A stretch of DNA of 64,000 nucleotides from an uncultured Verrucomicrobiota bacterium. Its GTDB lineage: Bacteria > Verrucomicrobiota > Kiritimatiellia > CAIKKV01 > CAITUY01. The DNA lies in the NCBI GenBank assembly GCA_964508705.1, contig CAZDUS010000001.1:146407-210406 (forward strand), in the 5' to 3' direction. The notes beneath the pieces are model-generated. The model had not been told where the DNA came from, did not search any database, and worked only from the letters and a program-made list of their open reading frames with translations. Made by a program: the position numbers and the translations under genes. Numbering within the stretch: the stretch's first letter is position 1; each line of letters opens with the position of its first letter. Below are positions 38,180 through 47,701 of this stretch, in pieces.

Positions 38180-39555
38180 TTTCCTTCCGTTTTAAAAAAT
38201 GACAGATACGGTTTGCGGTCAATTAGCCGTTGCACATAAAGCGCCGCCTCACGGGCATGGTAATCACCCCACATGCTCGACTCACCACAGGGGACCTTCT
38301 GTCCGCGCGGAACGGCATCCCAGCCATTGGGCCGGTGGTACACGGAATGCAGGATCAATCCCTGGTGATTCCGCTTCGTGCTGAGATACGGCTCGCTGAG
38401 CAGCGTATTCAGTATCGTCAATCCGGCCTGCATGTAAGTGTTCGCAGAAGGGTTTCGACCTTTCAAATACGTTCCCAGCCTCATCAGCCCCTGTGCCGCA
38501 ATGGCCGCCGCCGAGCTATCCACAGGCTCTTGGGCGTTGAACGGATCGGCAGGCCGGTTCAGGTAATCACCCATTCGGCTCAGCCCCGGCGCACCGGTAT
38601 CCCAGTAGGGAATGCCATCCGTGGGAGTGTTCGCAAGATAGAAATCCGCCGCGGCACATCCCGCCTTCAAGAACAACGCTTCAACCTTCTTCCGCCCGCC
38701 ATGAGGCTTCAGCTCGGCATCCGGCCGCGTCGCCAGGAACTCAAGCTGCTCCGCATAGCCGCAAAGAATCCAGGCCAGCCCCCGCGTCCAGGTCGAAAAC
38801 GGCGAATACCCCTGTTGTGAACTGGGACAACGGAAACATCCGTCGTTCAAGTTGAAGATCGCCTCGTGCGCAACGCGACCTCGAACGTCATACGAATCAC
38901 GCCCCTCCCCGTAATACACGATATAGTCCGCCGTCGTCCGGGCATGTTGTATCAGGCGATCCAGCAAAGAGGTCTTCCTGTCATTCTCACCACTCAACGC
39001 ATGTCCCAACTTGTGACTCATCGCCAGGGAACGCAGGGAACGAATCGTATCCGCAAACAACGAATGCGGCCCGTTGAAGGAATAGATATAGCCGCCATCC
39101 GGCAGCTCCGTCCATCTCTGCGCCTGTACGGCACCCGACACTTTCAGCGCCAGTTCATAATAGGACTTTTCCCAGGGACTCGCGGAAATTCGCCCTTCGC
39201 CGGCAAGTCGCAACAGATGACCATAGGTGCTGACATTATTGAATCCATGATCATGCACACCGAAGTGCGTCAGGTGTGGCGCCATGCGCTCCACGGTCTT
39301 CTTCCGGCCAAGCTCCAAAAACCAGGGCTCCCCGGTGGCGTCAAATTGAACCAGGGCGGCACCATACTGGAACCCCTGGGTCCATTCCGTCCAACCCCGT
39401 GACGTGTAACGCCCATTCCGGGTAAACACGGGCGCGCCCTTTGCGTCGTCGTAATCGCTATCCATGCTCCGGATCTTCTCTCCGGAAAGCGCCCAGAATC
39501 GGCCAAGTGGCTTCTGGAGATCACGCACCGTCAACGCCCTGTTGAGCTTGATCAT
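38176..39555 (-). CDS. glycoside hydrolase, GH88/GH105-like unsaturated glycuronyl hydrolase (alpha/alpha-toroid)
   Basis: 459 aa. C-terminal …ESSMWGDYHAREAALYV resembles the conserved GH88/GH105 end. Context with kdgF, kdgK and eda. Confidence 0.55.
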   Translation of the reverse strand: MIKLNRALTVRDLQKPLGRFWALSGEKIRSMDSDYDDAKGAPVFTRNGRYTSRGWTEWTQGFQYGAALVQFDATGEPWFLELGRKKTVERMAPHLTHFGVHDHGFNNVSTYGHLLRLAGEGRISASPWEKSYYELALKVSGAVQAQRWTELPDGGYIYSFNGPHSLFADTIRSLRSLAMSHKLGHALSGENDRKTSLLDRLIQHARTTADYIVYYGEGRDSYDVRGRVAHEAIFNLNDGCFRCPSSQQGYSPFSTWTRGLAWILCGYAEQLEFLATRPDAELKPHGGRKKVEALFLKAGCAAADFYLANTPTDGIPYWDTGAPGLSRMGDYLNRPADPFNAQEPVDSSAAAIAAQGLMRLGTYLKGRNPSANTYMQAGLTILNTLLSEPYLSTKRNHQGLILHSVYHRPNGWDAVPRGQKVPCGESSMWGDYHAREAALYVQRLIDRKPYLSFFKTEGK

Positions 39556-39556
39556 G

Positions 39557-40120
39557 TTAGAACCTTTTCCCTTTCTTTAAGTGCAAAATCAGAATCTGAC
39601 AGTCCTCCATCACTTCGTAGGAATGTTCCAGAATGGCATCAAACTGCACACATTCACCCGCCTTGAGCACGGGATGCTCATGGGGCAGCTTCACGCGGAT
39701 CGCCCCGCGCAAAACCCAGCACACCTCCAGATCGTCCTGATGAATCTCGGGGTTTGAAACCATTCCGCCTGCCTTGGCCTCGCCCAGCAAGGCGCGAATG
39801 TTGCCGTAATGAATATCCCTGAACGTGAAAGCCCCGGATCGGTGGCTTGATTCAACGGCTCGATGGGCCGTCCGCGATTCTGTCAGCATCAGCAGATCGG
39901 TAGCATTCATGCCAAACGCCCGGCTTAAACTGAAAAGGGTGCTTAATTCCGCCGATGTCTGATTGCGTTCGAGCTTGGAAATAACCGCCGGAGAGACTCC
40001 CGTTCGGGAGGATAAATCGGAAATGGTCCAGCCCTCCCGCTTACGCAACTCGCGCAGGATCGAAAAATCATACATCGAGTCCTTGTCACGAGAAGCTTTC
40101 CCAGCTCGCTTTGTCGCCAT
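39557..40120 (-). CDS. XRE-family transcriptional regulator with C-terminal cupin sensor domain
   Basis: HTH_3 (LRELRKREGWTISDLSSRTGVSPAVISKLERNQ) plus cupin_2. First gene of the uronate operon. Confidence 0.8.
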   Translation of the reverse strand: MATKRAGKASRDKDSMYDFSILRELRKREGWTISDLSSRTGVSPAVISKLERNQTSAELSTLFSLSRAFGMNATDLLMLTESRTAHRAVESSHRSGAFTFRDIHYGNIRALLGEAKAGGMVSNPEIHQDDLEVCWVLRGAIRVKLPHEHPVLKAGECVQFDAILEHSYEVMEDCQILILHLKKGKRF

Positions 40121-40143
40121 CGCTATTCTCCATGAGTAAATTT

Positions 40144-40161
40144 ACGATAAATATATATCGT
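40144..40161. promoter_or_regulatory. candidate operator ACGATA-N6-TATCGT upstream of the XRE-cupin regulator gene
   Basis: Inverted repeat with perfect 6-bp arms, about 24 nt upstream of the regulator start codon. Confidence 0.4.
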
Positions 40162-40496
40162 TAAAGAATATTAGTCAACCCCCCTGCTCAAGCCATCTGC
40201 ACCAAAGACAATTCAAGCGTCACAATCAGCAGACAAACCGATCAAGGATAAATATTAGGTCTTCGGCATCCAAACCGTCATCGCGCCGGAATAGGAATCC
40301 TGGAGGCAAAGTGCGTCCGGACATGAAATGAAAGCTTGGGGTGCCGCATGGGTAGTGATGTCAAACCGGGTGGCAGGAAAGTCTAATAACGATTAATTTC
40401 CTACTAGCATACGACAAAATGTAAGCATAACGTATCAAGACATTCAAGGCGAACGTAATCATCGAATATGAGGTTAAGAACGTTTATTGGAGAACC

Positions 40497-41234
40497 ATGA
40501 ATAATCTGATGAAGTTATCGACCTTGGCTCTCATTTTGGCGGCGGGCATGATCTTGTCGGCGTCCATGCTTTCCAAACTCTTTCTCCGCATCCGCCATGA
40601 ACAGGCGATTACGGTCAAAGGTTACGCTGAAACCGACATCACTTCGGATATAGGCAAGTTTTCCTGCACATTGACTGCGCGGGGAACCAATCTCAAGGAC
40701 GCTTACGACAAACTGCTGGCAAGCAGGCAGACCACCCTTGCCTTTCTAAAACAAATAGGACTGAAGGATGATGAGACGGTTGTGAACACAATTGAGACAA
40801 CAAAGGTTGCCAAGCGGGATGAGAAGGGCAAAGAGACAAATGAAATCGAGTATTATGACGTGTCTCAGAAGATTTCGGGCGTTTCCACCAACGTCATCCT
40901 TATTCATGATGCTGCCGCACGAATCACGGAGTTGATCCGGTCGGATGTGGATATTCGTGCTGACGCACCCATGTTCATGGTCGCGGACTTGAAGGACGCC
41001 AAGTTGAAGCTTTTAGCGAGGGCAACAGAGGATGGCTACCGTCGTGCGCTGGCACTCGCCGAAGGCAGTAAAGGAAAGGTTGGCGCACTGATCTCCGCGC
41101 AACAGGGCGTCTTCCAGATTACCGAGCGTCACTCCACCGACACCTCAGGCTATGGCGAGTATGACACCTCCAGCATTGAAAAGACCGCTAAGGCTGTCGT
41201 GACGCTGGAATACGCGATAGACGCTGCACCTTAA
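40497..41234 (+). CDS. SIMPL domain-containing periplasmic protein (DUF541)
   Basis: Signal/TM anchor plus SIMPL pattern (…AITVKGYAE…, …VSQKISGVS…, …QQGVFQITE…). Confidence 0.75.
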   Translation: MNNLMKLSTLALILAAGMILSASMLSKLFLRIRHEQAITVKGYAETDITSDIGKFSCTLTARGTNLKDAYDKLLASRQTTLAFLKQIGLKDDETVVNTIETTKVAKRDEKGKETNEIEYYDVSQKISGVSTNVILIHDAAARITELIRSDVDIRADAPMFMVADLKDAKLKLLARATEDGYRRALALAEGSKGKVGALISAQQGVFQITERHSTDTSGYGEYDTSSIEKTAKAVVTLEYAIDAAP

Positions 41235-41306
41235 ATAACATGGAGAAGCATCCTGTTTTCAAGTGTCCATTGAAATGGGAAAAGCTGGGGTCGCTCATGT
41301 GATTAA

Positions 41307-41870
41307 ATGGCGGTCATTCATTTCTGTTTCTTACGTCTTCAGAAGCTTCGCAGCCTAATTGGCTACTATATAGCCAAAATCCCACCGCCTGATGATCCTA
41401 TGGTGCTCCGTATCGGAACATCCTCCTTACGGTGCGCATGGCAGTCCGCTTGGACCGCCCAGATCAACCTTCCCATGCATGCATCCTTGATCAAGCTTCT
41501 ATCCTTGCGACATCGCCACACCAACGAGGAAATTATGCAGTCAGGATTGACGGTTGCGGTAAAAGACGCCGAGGGGACACGTGACCGATTGATCACAAAG
41601 GCTTTGGAGTATCTGGGTTCAATGGGCATAACGGAGTCCATGGCAATGCAGATCGTGATCGGGTTCGACAAGAGCCTGCTCCAGCATTTTGACAACATCA
41701 CAGCCAGAAACGAGTTTGTAGCTAATTTGGTCGAGCGCAGTCTCACGCCAGTTGCATGGTCTCTTGTGGGAAAACCCTCTCCCATAGGCTTTATGCTCGA
41801 ATTTAGGAGCCTCCGCAGGGTGCACTGCAGGTTGGACAACATTGATCTAACCTTCTGCGACCTCTGCTAA
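41307..41870 (+). CDS. hypothetical protein in a lower-GC patch
   Basis: 187-aa ORF, no recognisable motif. Local GC drop at 41235-42117. Confidence 0.3.
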   Translation: MAVIHFCFLRLQKLRSLIGYYIAKIPPPDDPMVLRIGTSSLRCAWQSAWTAQINLPMHASLIKLLSLRHRHTNEEIMQSGLTVAVKDAEGTRDRLITKALEYLGSMGITESMAMQIVIGFDKSLLQHFDNITARNEFVANLVERSLTPVAWSLVGKPSPIGFMLEFRSLRRVHCRLDNIDLTFCDLC

Positions 41871-42117
41871 GCTAACTTCGCCGCTGTCACAGGCGATATG
41901 GCGGTCACCCTTACGGCAGAACAAACATCGGCCCGAAGATACCGGACAGGCACGGCCTACGAACCCCGAGGCCGATATCTCCTGTTGCATTACCCGCGGT
42001 CACACTTTATGGCCGCGAGTCGATGTGGACGACATTATCGCCTAATACAATCTACGAAATAGCAAGCTTGTGGCTGTCGGCGCCATGCCGCGGACTTACA
42101 GAACCGATGAAACCGGC

Positions 42118-42966
42118 TTACACCGCTTGATACAGCTTCTCAAACCGGCGCCCGTATTCCACAAACACGTCCCAGGAATCAGCACCTTTAGCCAGTTTCC
42201 CTTCATGAGCGATGGCCGATAGATGCGGTTCCATCGAATACCACCCGTCATATCCCTGGCGTCGGGCCTCTTTTAATACCGCGGCCACATCCCCGGCCCC
42301 TTCGCCTGCAAACACGGGACGCCACCCTTCCTTGGCCGTCTCATCACGGGCGTAATCCTTGATGTGAATGTGCACCACATGCTTATACACATCCTTGAAG
42401 TAGCCCAACGACGAATATCCAGTCTTCCAGAAATTCCCGGTATCAAAAATGAACTTGAGCGCGGAACTTCCCACACCATCAATCATATCGAGGGCATGCT
42501 TTGCATCTTCGCCCCCATAACCGGAACAGTTCTCATGACAAAGGACAATCCCCTCGCCCTCCGCCATTCGCGCCAGCTCCTTCAGCCGCCGTACAACTTC
42601 CCGGCGCCATTCGGCCTCTGGCCTACCATCATTGGGGTAACTCATGATGCGGGCAAACCGCGTACCGCTCTTTCGCATTCGCGGAAGAATCCGCCGTAAC
42701 TCATCCGTATCTTTCGCAAAGTCGCCATTGATAGGCCTGGCCCAATTGGCAATCTGCGTCCCATAACAAAGGATTCGGAGACCTGCATCCGTCAATTCAC
42801 CGAGCATACGCTCAAAATCGCCATCACTCACATCATCAAAATGAACGCTCTTGCCGTCCACCATGACCATGCGAGTCTCGATGGCGCTCCAACCCAGGGT
42901 TTTCTGAGCCTGCACCTGACGACCCCAATCCAACGACGCCTCATCCGTGAATCCGGTAAATTTCAT
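42118..42966 (-). CDS. sugar phosphate isomerase/epimerase (xylose isomerase-like TIM barrel)
   Basis: ATG at 42966 (MKFTGFTDEAS) with AAGAGG RBS. AP-endonuclease-2 / TIM-barrel pattern (…CHEN…, …HIHIKD…). Confidence 0.8.
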   Translation of the reverse strand: MKFTGFTDEASLDWGRQVQAQKTLGWSAIETRMVMVDGKSVHFDDVSDGDFERMLGELTDAGLRILCYGTQIANWARPINGDFAKDTDELRRILPRMRKSGTRFARIMSYPNDGRPEAEWRREVVRRLKELARMAEGEGIVLCHENCSGYGGEDAKHALDMIDGVGSSALKFIFDTGNFWKTGYSSLGYFKDVYKHVVHIHIKDYARDETAKEGWRPVFAGEGAGDVAAVLKEARRQGYDGWYSMEPHLSAIAHEGKLAKGADSWDVFVEYGRRFEKLYQAV

Positions 42967-42979
42967 ATGAACCTCTTTA

Positions 42980-44080
42980 TCAACCCTTATACCGCGACGT
43001 CTTGATCCGTTTCGCCAATTCCCGTCCGTAGGCACTCGCATTCAGTGGAAGGGTTACGCTCTTCCCCGTGAAACCGGACATCAACATCGCGTTGGCCAAC
43101 TCCAGCGACGCCACCCCTTCTTCCCCCGAAGCCACCAGGGCTGTCCCTTCCAAAATTGCATCCCTGAAATTCTTAAATATCTCCGAATGCCCATCCACAC
43201 CTTGTTCCGAGACCGGAATACTCACGTTCCACACAGAGGGCTTGCTAAACCACTCCGATGTCGCTGCGCTGTATTGCTTCGTCCCTATTTCATTGCGGGT
43301 AAAGGTCAACACGCCGTTGTCACACACCAGCAACCCCCGGTCACCAGCCACCTCGATCCGGTTGACACCCGGCGCCTCGCCAGTTGAGGTGACAAACATT
43401 CCCGTCGCCCCTGTCGGATATTCAAGGAGCGCGGTGACTTCATCCTCCACCTCTATGTCATGCCGCTTCCCAAAACCAACATACGCCGTCACCTTCGAAG
43501 GCATCCCGGCTATCCACTGCAACAAATCCAGACTGTGCGGCGCCTGGTTCAACAACACCCCGCCACCTTCCCCCGCCCATGTCGCCCGCCAGCCCGACGA
43601 CTTGAAATACGATTCCGGACGAAACCAATGCGTCACCACCATGCTGACACGCTGGATGGTTCCCAGCTCACCGGCCATCACCATCTCGCGCATCTTCTTG
43701 TTCACAGGACTCGCCCGGCAATTGAACATCACCGCCAGAACACGGGTCTTGTCGGTATGAGCCGCCACCAGTTTCCGGGCTTCCTTGACCTCAACGGCCA
43801 CAGGCTTTTCCACCAGGACATGCAGCCCCTTCTTCAATGCCGCCAATCCCAACGGAACATGGTCAAAATGAGGCGTGGCAATCAACACCGCGTCCAGACC
43901 GCCCTTGTTAATCAGCTCAAGCCCAGTCGCAAACTTTGCCTCCGCATAATCCTTCATCACTGCGGCATTCGCATCCGCCAATCCCGCAATTTCGAACTCA
44001 GGAATATTCTTGATCCGCTTGTAATGCGCGCTCCCGATGGTGCCGAGTCCGATAATTCCGATTTTGATTTTCTTCTGCAT
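42980..44080 (-). CDS. Gfo/Idh/MocA family oxidoreductase
   Basis: KIKIGIIGLGTIGSAHYKRI Rossmann, EKP (VLVEKPVA). Confidence 0.85.
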   Translation of the reverse strand: MQKKIKIGIIGLGTIGSAHYKRIKNIPEFEIAGLADANAAVMKDYAEAKFATGLELINKGGLDAVLIATPHFDHVPLGLAALKKGLHVLVEKPVAVEVKEARKLVAAHTDKTRVLAVMFNCRASPVNKKMREMVMAGELGTIQRVSMVVTHWFRPESYFKSSGWRATWAGEGGGVLLNQAPHSLDLLQWIAGMPSKVTAYVGFGKRHDIEVEDEVTALLEYPTGATGMFVTSTGEAPGVNRIEVAGDRGLLVCDNGVLTFTRNEIGTKQYSAATSEWFSKPSVWNVSIPVSEQGVDGHSEIFKNFRDAILEGTALVASGEEGVASLELANAMLMSGFTGKSVTLPLNASAYGRELAKRIKTSRYKG

Positions 44081-44090
44081 GAACGCTTCC

Positions 44091-44942
44091 TTATGCCTGT
44101 ATCTGTAATTCCTTCAACAATGCCATTGCATCCTGAACCTTTGTCTCCTGAGGTTGCGCAGTCGAAAAATCCTCGATGACCAACCAACGGTCATACCCCA
44201 CGCGCTTCAAGCCCGCCAACAACGCCTTGAAGTCGACCTGTCCCGTCCGGAGAGGGGCAAATGTCGGCTTCCACTTCAGCTTCTGGGGGCCATCGTTCGG
44301 CTCGTAGACATTGACGGAATTCTTGATGTGAACATGTGCCAGATATCCCCCCAGCATCTCAAACCCCATCTGGTAATTCTCAAAGCCTTCGTAAACCATG
44401 TTACCGGCGTCGTGAATCACGCCAACCTCCTCCGGCTTCCAAGCCGAGAGAAATCGCAAGGCTGCGCTGGCCGAGGCCACAATCGTCCCCATGTGAATCT
44501 CAATAACCGGCTTCACCTTATGATTCCGGGCATACTCAATCACCCGGTTATAGCACTCCTGATCCTTTTTGAAGAGATCGCTGAAATGAACCTCCCCTGA
44601 ATACTGCGCCACCCCGATCCGCACCATCGGCACCCCCATCAACTCCGCCACATCAATCATTCGCTTGGCCTGTTCAAAATCCGTGGCCCTGACGTAGGAA
44701 CCCAGATTCGGCATCTCCAATCCTTCGCTCCGCGTCATATCGGCAATCGCCTTGAACTGTGCATCCGTCCAATCCGTCTGCAACGATGTTCGATTGCCCG
44801 ACCAGAATCCGGGTTTCGCCATGTCTCCCTTGTCGGCAAACACCCGCCACTCGACACCATGATAGCCATACTTCTTCAGTAACTTAACAACCTGCTCCGG
44901 CGTCGACTCCGGCAACCCAACCGTAAACCATGCAAGCTTCAT
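44091..44942 (-). CDS. sugar phosphate isomerase/epimerase (xylose isomerase-like TIM barrel)
   Basis: ATG at 44942 (MKLAWFTVG) with GGAAGGA RBS. …HVHIKN… motif. Confidence 0.8.
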   Translation of the reverse strand: MKLAWFTVGLPESTPEQVVKLLKKYGYHGVEWRVFADKGDMAKPGFWSGNRTSLQTDWTDAQFKAIADMTRSEGLEMPNLGSYVRATDFEQAKRMIDVAELMGVPMVRIGVAQYSGEVHFSDLFKKDQECYNRVIEYARNHKVKPVIEIHMGTIVASASAALRFLSAWKPEEVGVIHDAGNMVYEGFENYQMGFEMLGGYLAHVHIKNSVNVYEPNDGPQKLKWKPTFAPLRTGQVDFKALLAGLKRVGYDRWLVIEDFSTAQPQETKVQDAMALLKELQIQA

Positions 44943-45257
44943 TTTATATCCTTCCAGTTGGAGCAATCATCGCCGGAATTAGCACAATGGATGCACAAAT
45001 TATGTCCTCAGAATCCTTTGGCACACGGCGGACAGGAACATAGCAAATGCTATGAGCGGAAACAAGGGAAAAACCGCTCCCGCCATGATGCGGTAAGGCA
45101 GTTTTGACTTGGAAACGGGAGTTGCGCACGAGGAGCATTTCGCGATTGCTCAAAATATATGTAGCGCAAACAGACACGCTCAATCCATCTAGACTTGTAT
45201 CCGCAATTGGGGCATGAATTGTATGATCGTTTCATGATCTCTGTCTGGCCAACGATA

Positions 45258-45308
45258 CCCATTGAGGCTACTCGGGTGCCGGGGCGGCACCCGAGTAGCC
45301 TCAATGGG
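45258..45308. repeat. 23-bp perfect inverted repeat with 5-nt loop (long hairpin/palindrome)
   Basis: CCCATTGAGGCTACTCGGGTGCC-ggggc-GGCACCCGAGTAGCCTCAATGGG. Starts at the flavin-reductase stop codon. No flanking U-tract. Confidence 0.9.
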
Positions 45309-45957
45309 CTTGGGCTCCTTCGTCGGCCACGCGAGGGGCTCGCCTTCCATAGACCTTCTCAGGGAAGTCCCCGGCTGCGTATTCCGCTGTTCGGCGGCCG
45401 CGCTCTACATCTTCGTCGGCGTACGCGTCTACCACCGTCGCGATGAATAGAACCTTGTCGCCGCTCCTGACCGCTTGTTCAACGCGGCATTCCATGTGAG
45501 CGACGCATTCAGCGATGATGGGTGCGTCGACGTAGCGAGCGGATTGTGCCGTCAACCCCGTTTCCTTGAACTTGTCGACATCCCTTCCGGAGTGCAAGCC
45601 GCAATAGTAGATTTGGCGTTTCAGTTCTTGCGTCGGAACATTGATAACAAACTCCTTGGTCTTTTCGATGACGTGGATGGAATATGCCTTCTGTCCAATC
45701 GCGCAGGCAACCATCGGTGGCTCTCTGGAAACGGGCATGCAGAAGCTGACAGCGATGATGTTGGTCCGTCCCCTGTCACCACACGTCACAAGGTAGTGCC
45801 GCATGGGCCACAAGTACTTCAGATATTCAGTGTGGGTCTTGTTCATCCTTATCATGCCCAACGTTGCCCTTGAGCCCCGGCGAGCGTGTGAGCCGTCGCG
45901 GTTGATGAGTTGGTTGGCACCAATTTTATATCCGGTCATGTTCATCTGGCTCAACAT
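45301..45957 (-). CDS. flavin reductase-like (FMN-binding split-barrel) domain protein
   Basis: …HYLVTCGDRGRTNIIAVSF… split-barrel signature. Start codon uncertain (several in-frame Met). Confidence 0.65.
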   Translation of the reverse strand: MLSQMNMTGYKIGANQLINRDGSHARRGSRATLGMIRMNKTHTEYLKYLWPMRHYLVTCGDRGRTNIIAVSFCMPVSREPPMVACAIGQKAYSIHVIEKTKEFVINVPTQELKRQIYYCGLHSGRDVDKFKETGLTAQSARYVDAPIIAECVAHMECRVEQAVRSGDKVLFIATVVDAYADEDVERGRRTAEYAAGDFPEKVYGRRAPRVADEGAQAH

Positions 45958-46219
45958 CCGGGACGGAAGATAGGATTCTTTTTATCGGATATCGTACAAA
46001 CATAGTCAACGAATTTGCCGATATCGGCACGCGAGAATGGCATTTTGGTCCGCGGATCAACAAGTGCTTTCTCGTACTCGACTACCAGTGGTACCGAAAC
46101 GGCAGTGATAAACCTACCCCTCCTTAACGGTGTCATCCGAGGTGAAGGCGAAGGAAAAAATAGAGAGGATGATTCTTCAGAAAGTCTTGGTAATAAAGGG
46201 TTTGATAGGTGTCTTTGAT

Positions 46220-46293
46220 TGGTTGCCGGACTAGGATTCGAACCTAGACAAGCAGATTCAGAATCTGCTGTGCTACCATTACACAATCCGGCA
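46220..46293 (-). tRNA. tRNA-Gln (anticodon CUG), CCA encoded
   Basis: Cloverleaf: acceptor UGCCGGA/UCCGGCA, D-arm GUGU/GCAC, anticodon arm GCAGA-UUCUGAA-UCUGC, T-arm CUAGG-UUCGAAU-CCUAG, discriminator A plus CCA. Confidence 0.9.
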
Positions 46294-46370
46294 AGAATGA
46301 ATCATCGCCTACAAAGCGGCAATTTGAGCGGGAAAGGATGCGAAAATACGTAATGTTACGTCAAGCCCTT

Positions 46371-47465
46371 TCACGAAATCCGCATCGGCATCAACACGTA
46401 GATAAACGGTACATCACTCTTGATGACGCCCGGGCTTAACTCATCCGTCAATTCCACATAAATCTCGTCGTTGGCCAGGTTCTTCAGCGGCTCCATGATG
46501 TATTCAGGATTGAACGCCACCACCAGCTCCTTGCCCGCATACTTGATGGCCACCGTTTCGTGGGCTTCACCAATATCCGGCGAGGACGCGCTGATCTTGA
46601 GCTTGTTCTTCCCAAACGCCAGCTTTACTGAACTTGATTTCTCGCTGGTCAACAGTGAAACACGACGCAGAGCCGTCAACATACCCTCGCGCTCCACGGC
46701 AATCCGCTGTTCGCACTGGGACGGAATGACCTGACGGAAATTGGGATATGTACCCTCAATCAGCTTGGTCGTGAGGACCATCTGGTCAACTTCGAATCCC
46801 GCCTGATTCTTGGTGATGTGAATCTTGACGGTTCCTTCATCCTTCAACATGCGGATAATCTCGTTAACCGCCTTGGTAGGGACAATGGCTTCGATTTCAG
46901 ATTCCTTCGGGAACTCCAATTCCTGCTCAGCCAGTGACAAGCGCCGTCCATCGGTGGCCACCACGGTCAATTTACTGCCCTTGAAGCTCATTAACGTGCC
47001 GTTGAGGATAAACCTCGTCTCGTCAGTGGATGCGGCGTAGAAGGTCTTCTGGAGCATATCCCTGAGCACTCTCTGCTCCATGGTGAATGTTGATCCGCCC
47101 TCATACTTGGCAATGGCTGGGAAATCATCCTGCGGCAAGCCTGGAATCTTGAAAAATGCCGTTCCGCAACTGATGGAGGCGGAATTCTTGTCATCCACGT
47201 CGATTTCAATGTTATCCGCCGGTAATTCACGGACAATGCTCAAGAGACGACGGGCAGGTAAAGTGGTTCCACCTTCCTTAACCACCTTGGCTTCAACCAC
47301 ACAGCGCATGCTGACTTCAAGATCCGTGGTGGTAAACCACAGTTTGTCATCTTCCGCCTGCAAAAGAACATTGGTCAACACGGGAAGCGTTGGGCGAACA
47401 TTCACCACGCCGCTTACCATCTGCAAGCCTGAAAGCACTGAATCCTTACTGATGACGATTTTCAT
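46371..47465 (-). CDS. dnaN: DNA polymerase III beta sliding clamp
   Basis: 364 aa, MKIVISKDSVLSGLQMVSGVV… three-domain beta-clamp pattern. Immediately downstream of dnaA. Confidence 0.95.
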   Translation of the reverse strand: MKIVISKDSVLSGLQMVSGVVNVRPTLPVLTNVLLQAEDDKLWFTTTDLEVSMRCVVEAKVVKEGGTTLPARRLLSIVRELPADNIEIDVDDKNSASISCGTAFFKIPGLPQDDFPAIAKYEGGSTFTMEQRVLRDMLQKTFYAASTDETRFILNGTLMSFKGSKLTVVATDGRRLSLAEQELEFPKESEIEAIVPTKAVNEIIRMLKDEGTVKIHITKNQAGFEVDQMVLTTKLIEGTYPNFRQVIPSQCEQRIAVEREGMLTALRRVSLLTSEKSSSVKLAFGKNKLKISASSPDIGEAHETVAIKYAGKELVVAFNPEYIMEPLKNLANDEIYVELTDELSPGVIKSDVPFIYVLMPMRIS

Positions 47466-47701
47466 GATAACTCCAACCCTTCTTTCAACAGATTAAGAAT
47501 ATTATTCTATCTATTCTTATCTATCATTCATCCTATTATGTCCCGTTGTCAGCGTTAATAACTCACCAAACCATTGAATCTATTGATCAATACATCAATC
47601 AGACCCTGTTGATGAACCCCCTTAACAGCCTGTGAACAACGGATAATAACCCATCAACCTCTTGTTATGAACATCATTTCTGCAAGTTATTGACATGGTT
47701 G
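47466..47701. other. dnaA-dnaN intergenic region, AT-rich with DnaA-box-like 9-mers (candidate origin element)
   Basis: AT-rich tract attaagaatattattctatctattcttatctatcattc. Degenerate boxes TGTGAACAA and TTATGAACA. Confidence 0.4.

Noticed and set aside
45951-46286. 111-aa minus-strand ORF
   Set aside because: Overlaps the tRNA-Gln gene (46220-46293). The tRNA cloverleaf is perfect, so the ORF is an artefact.
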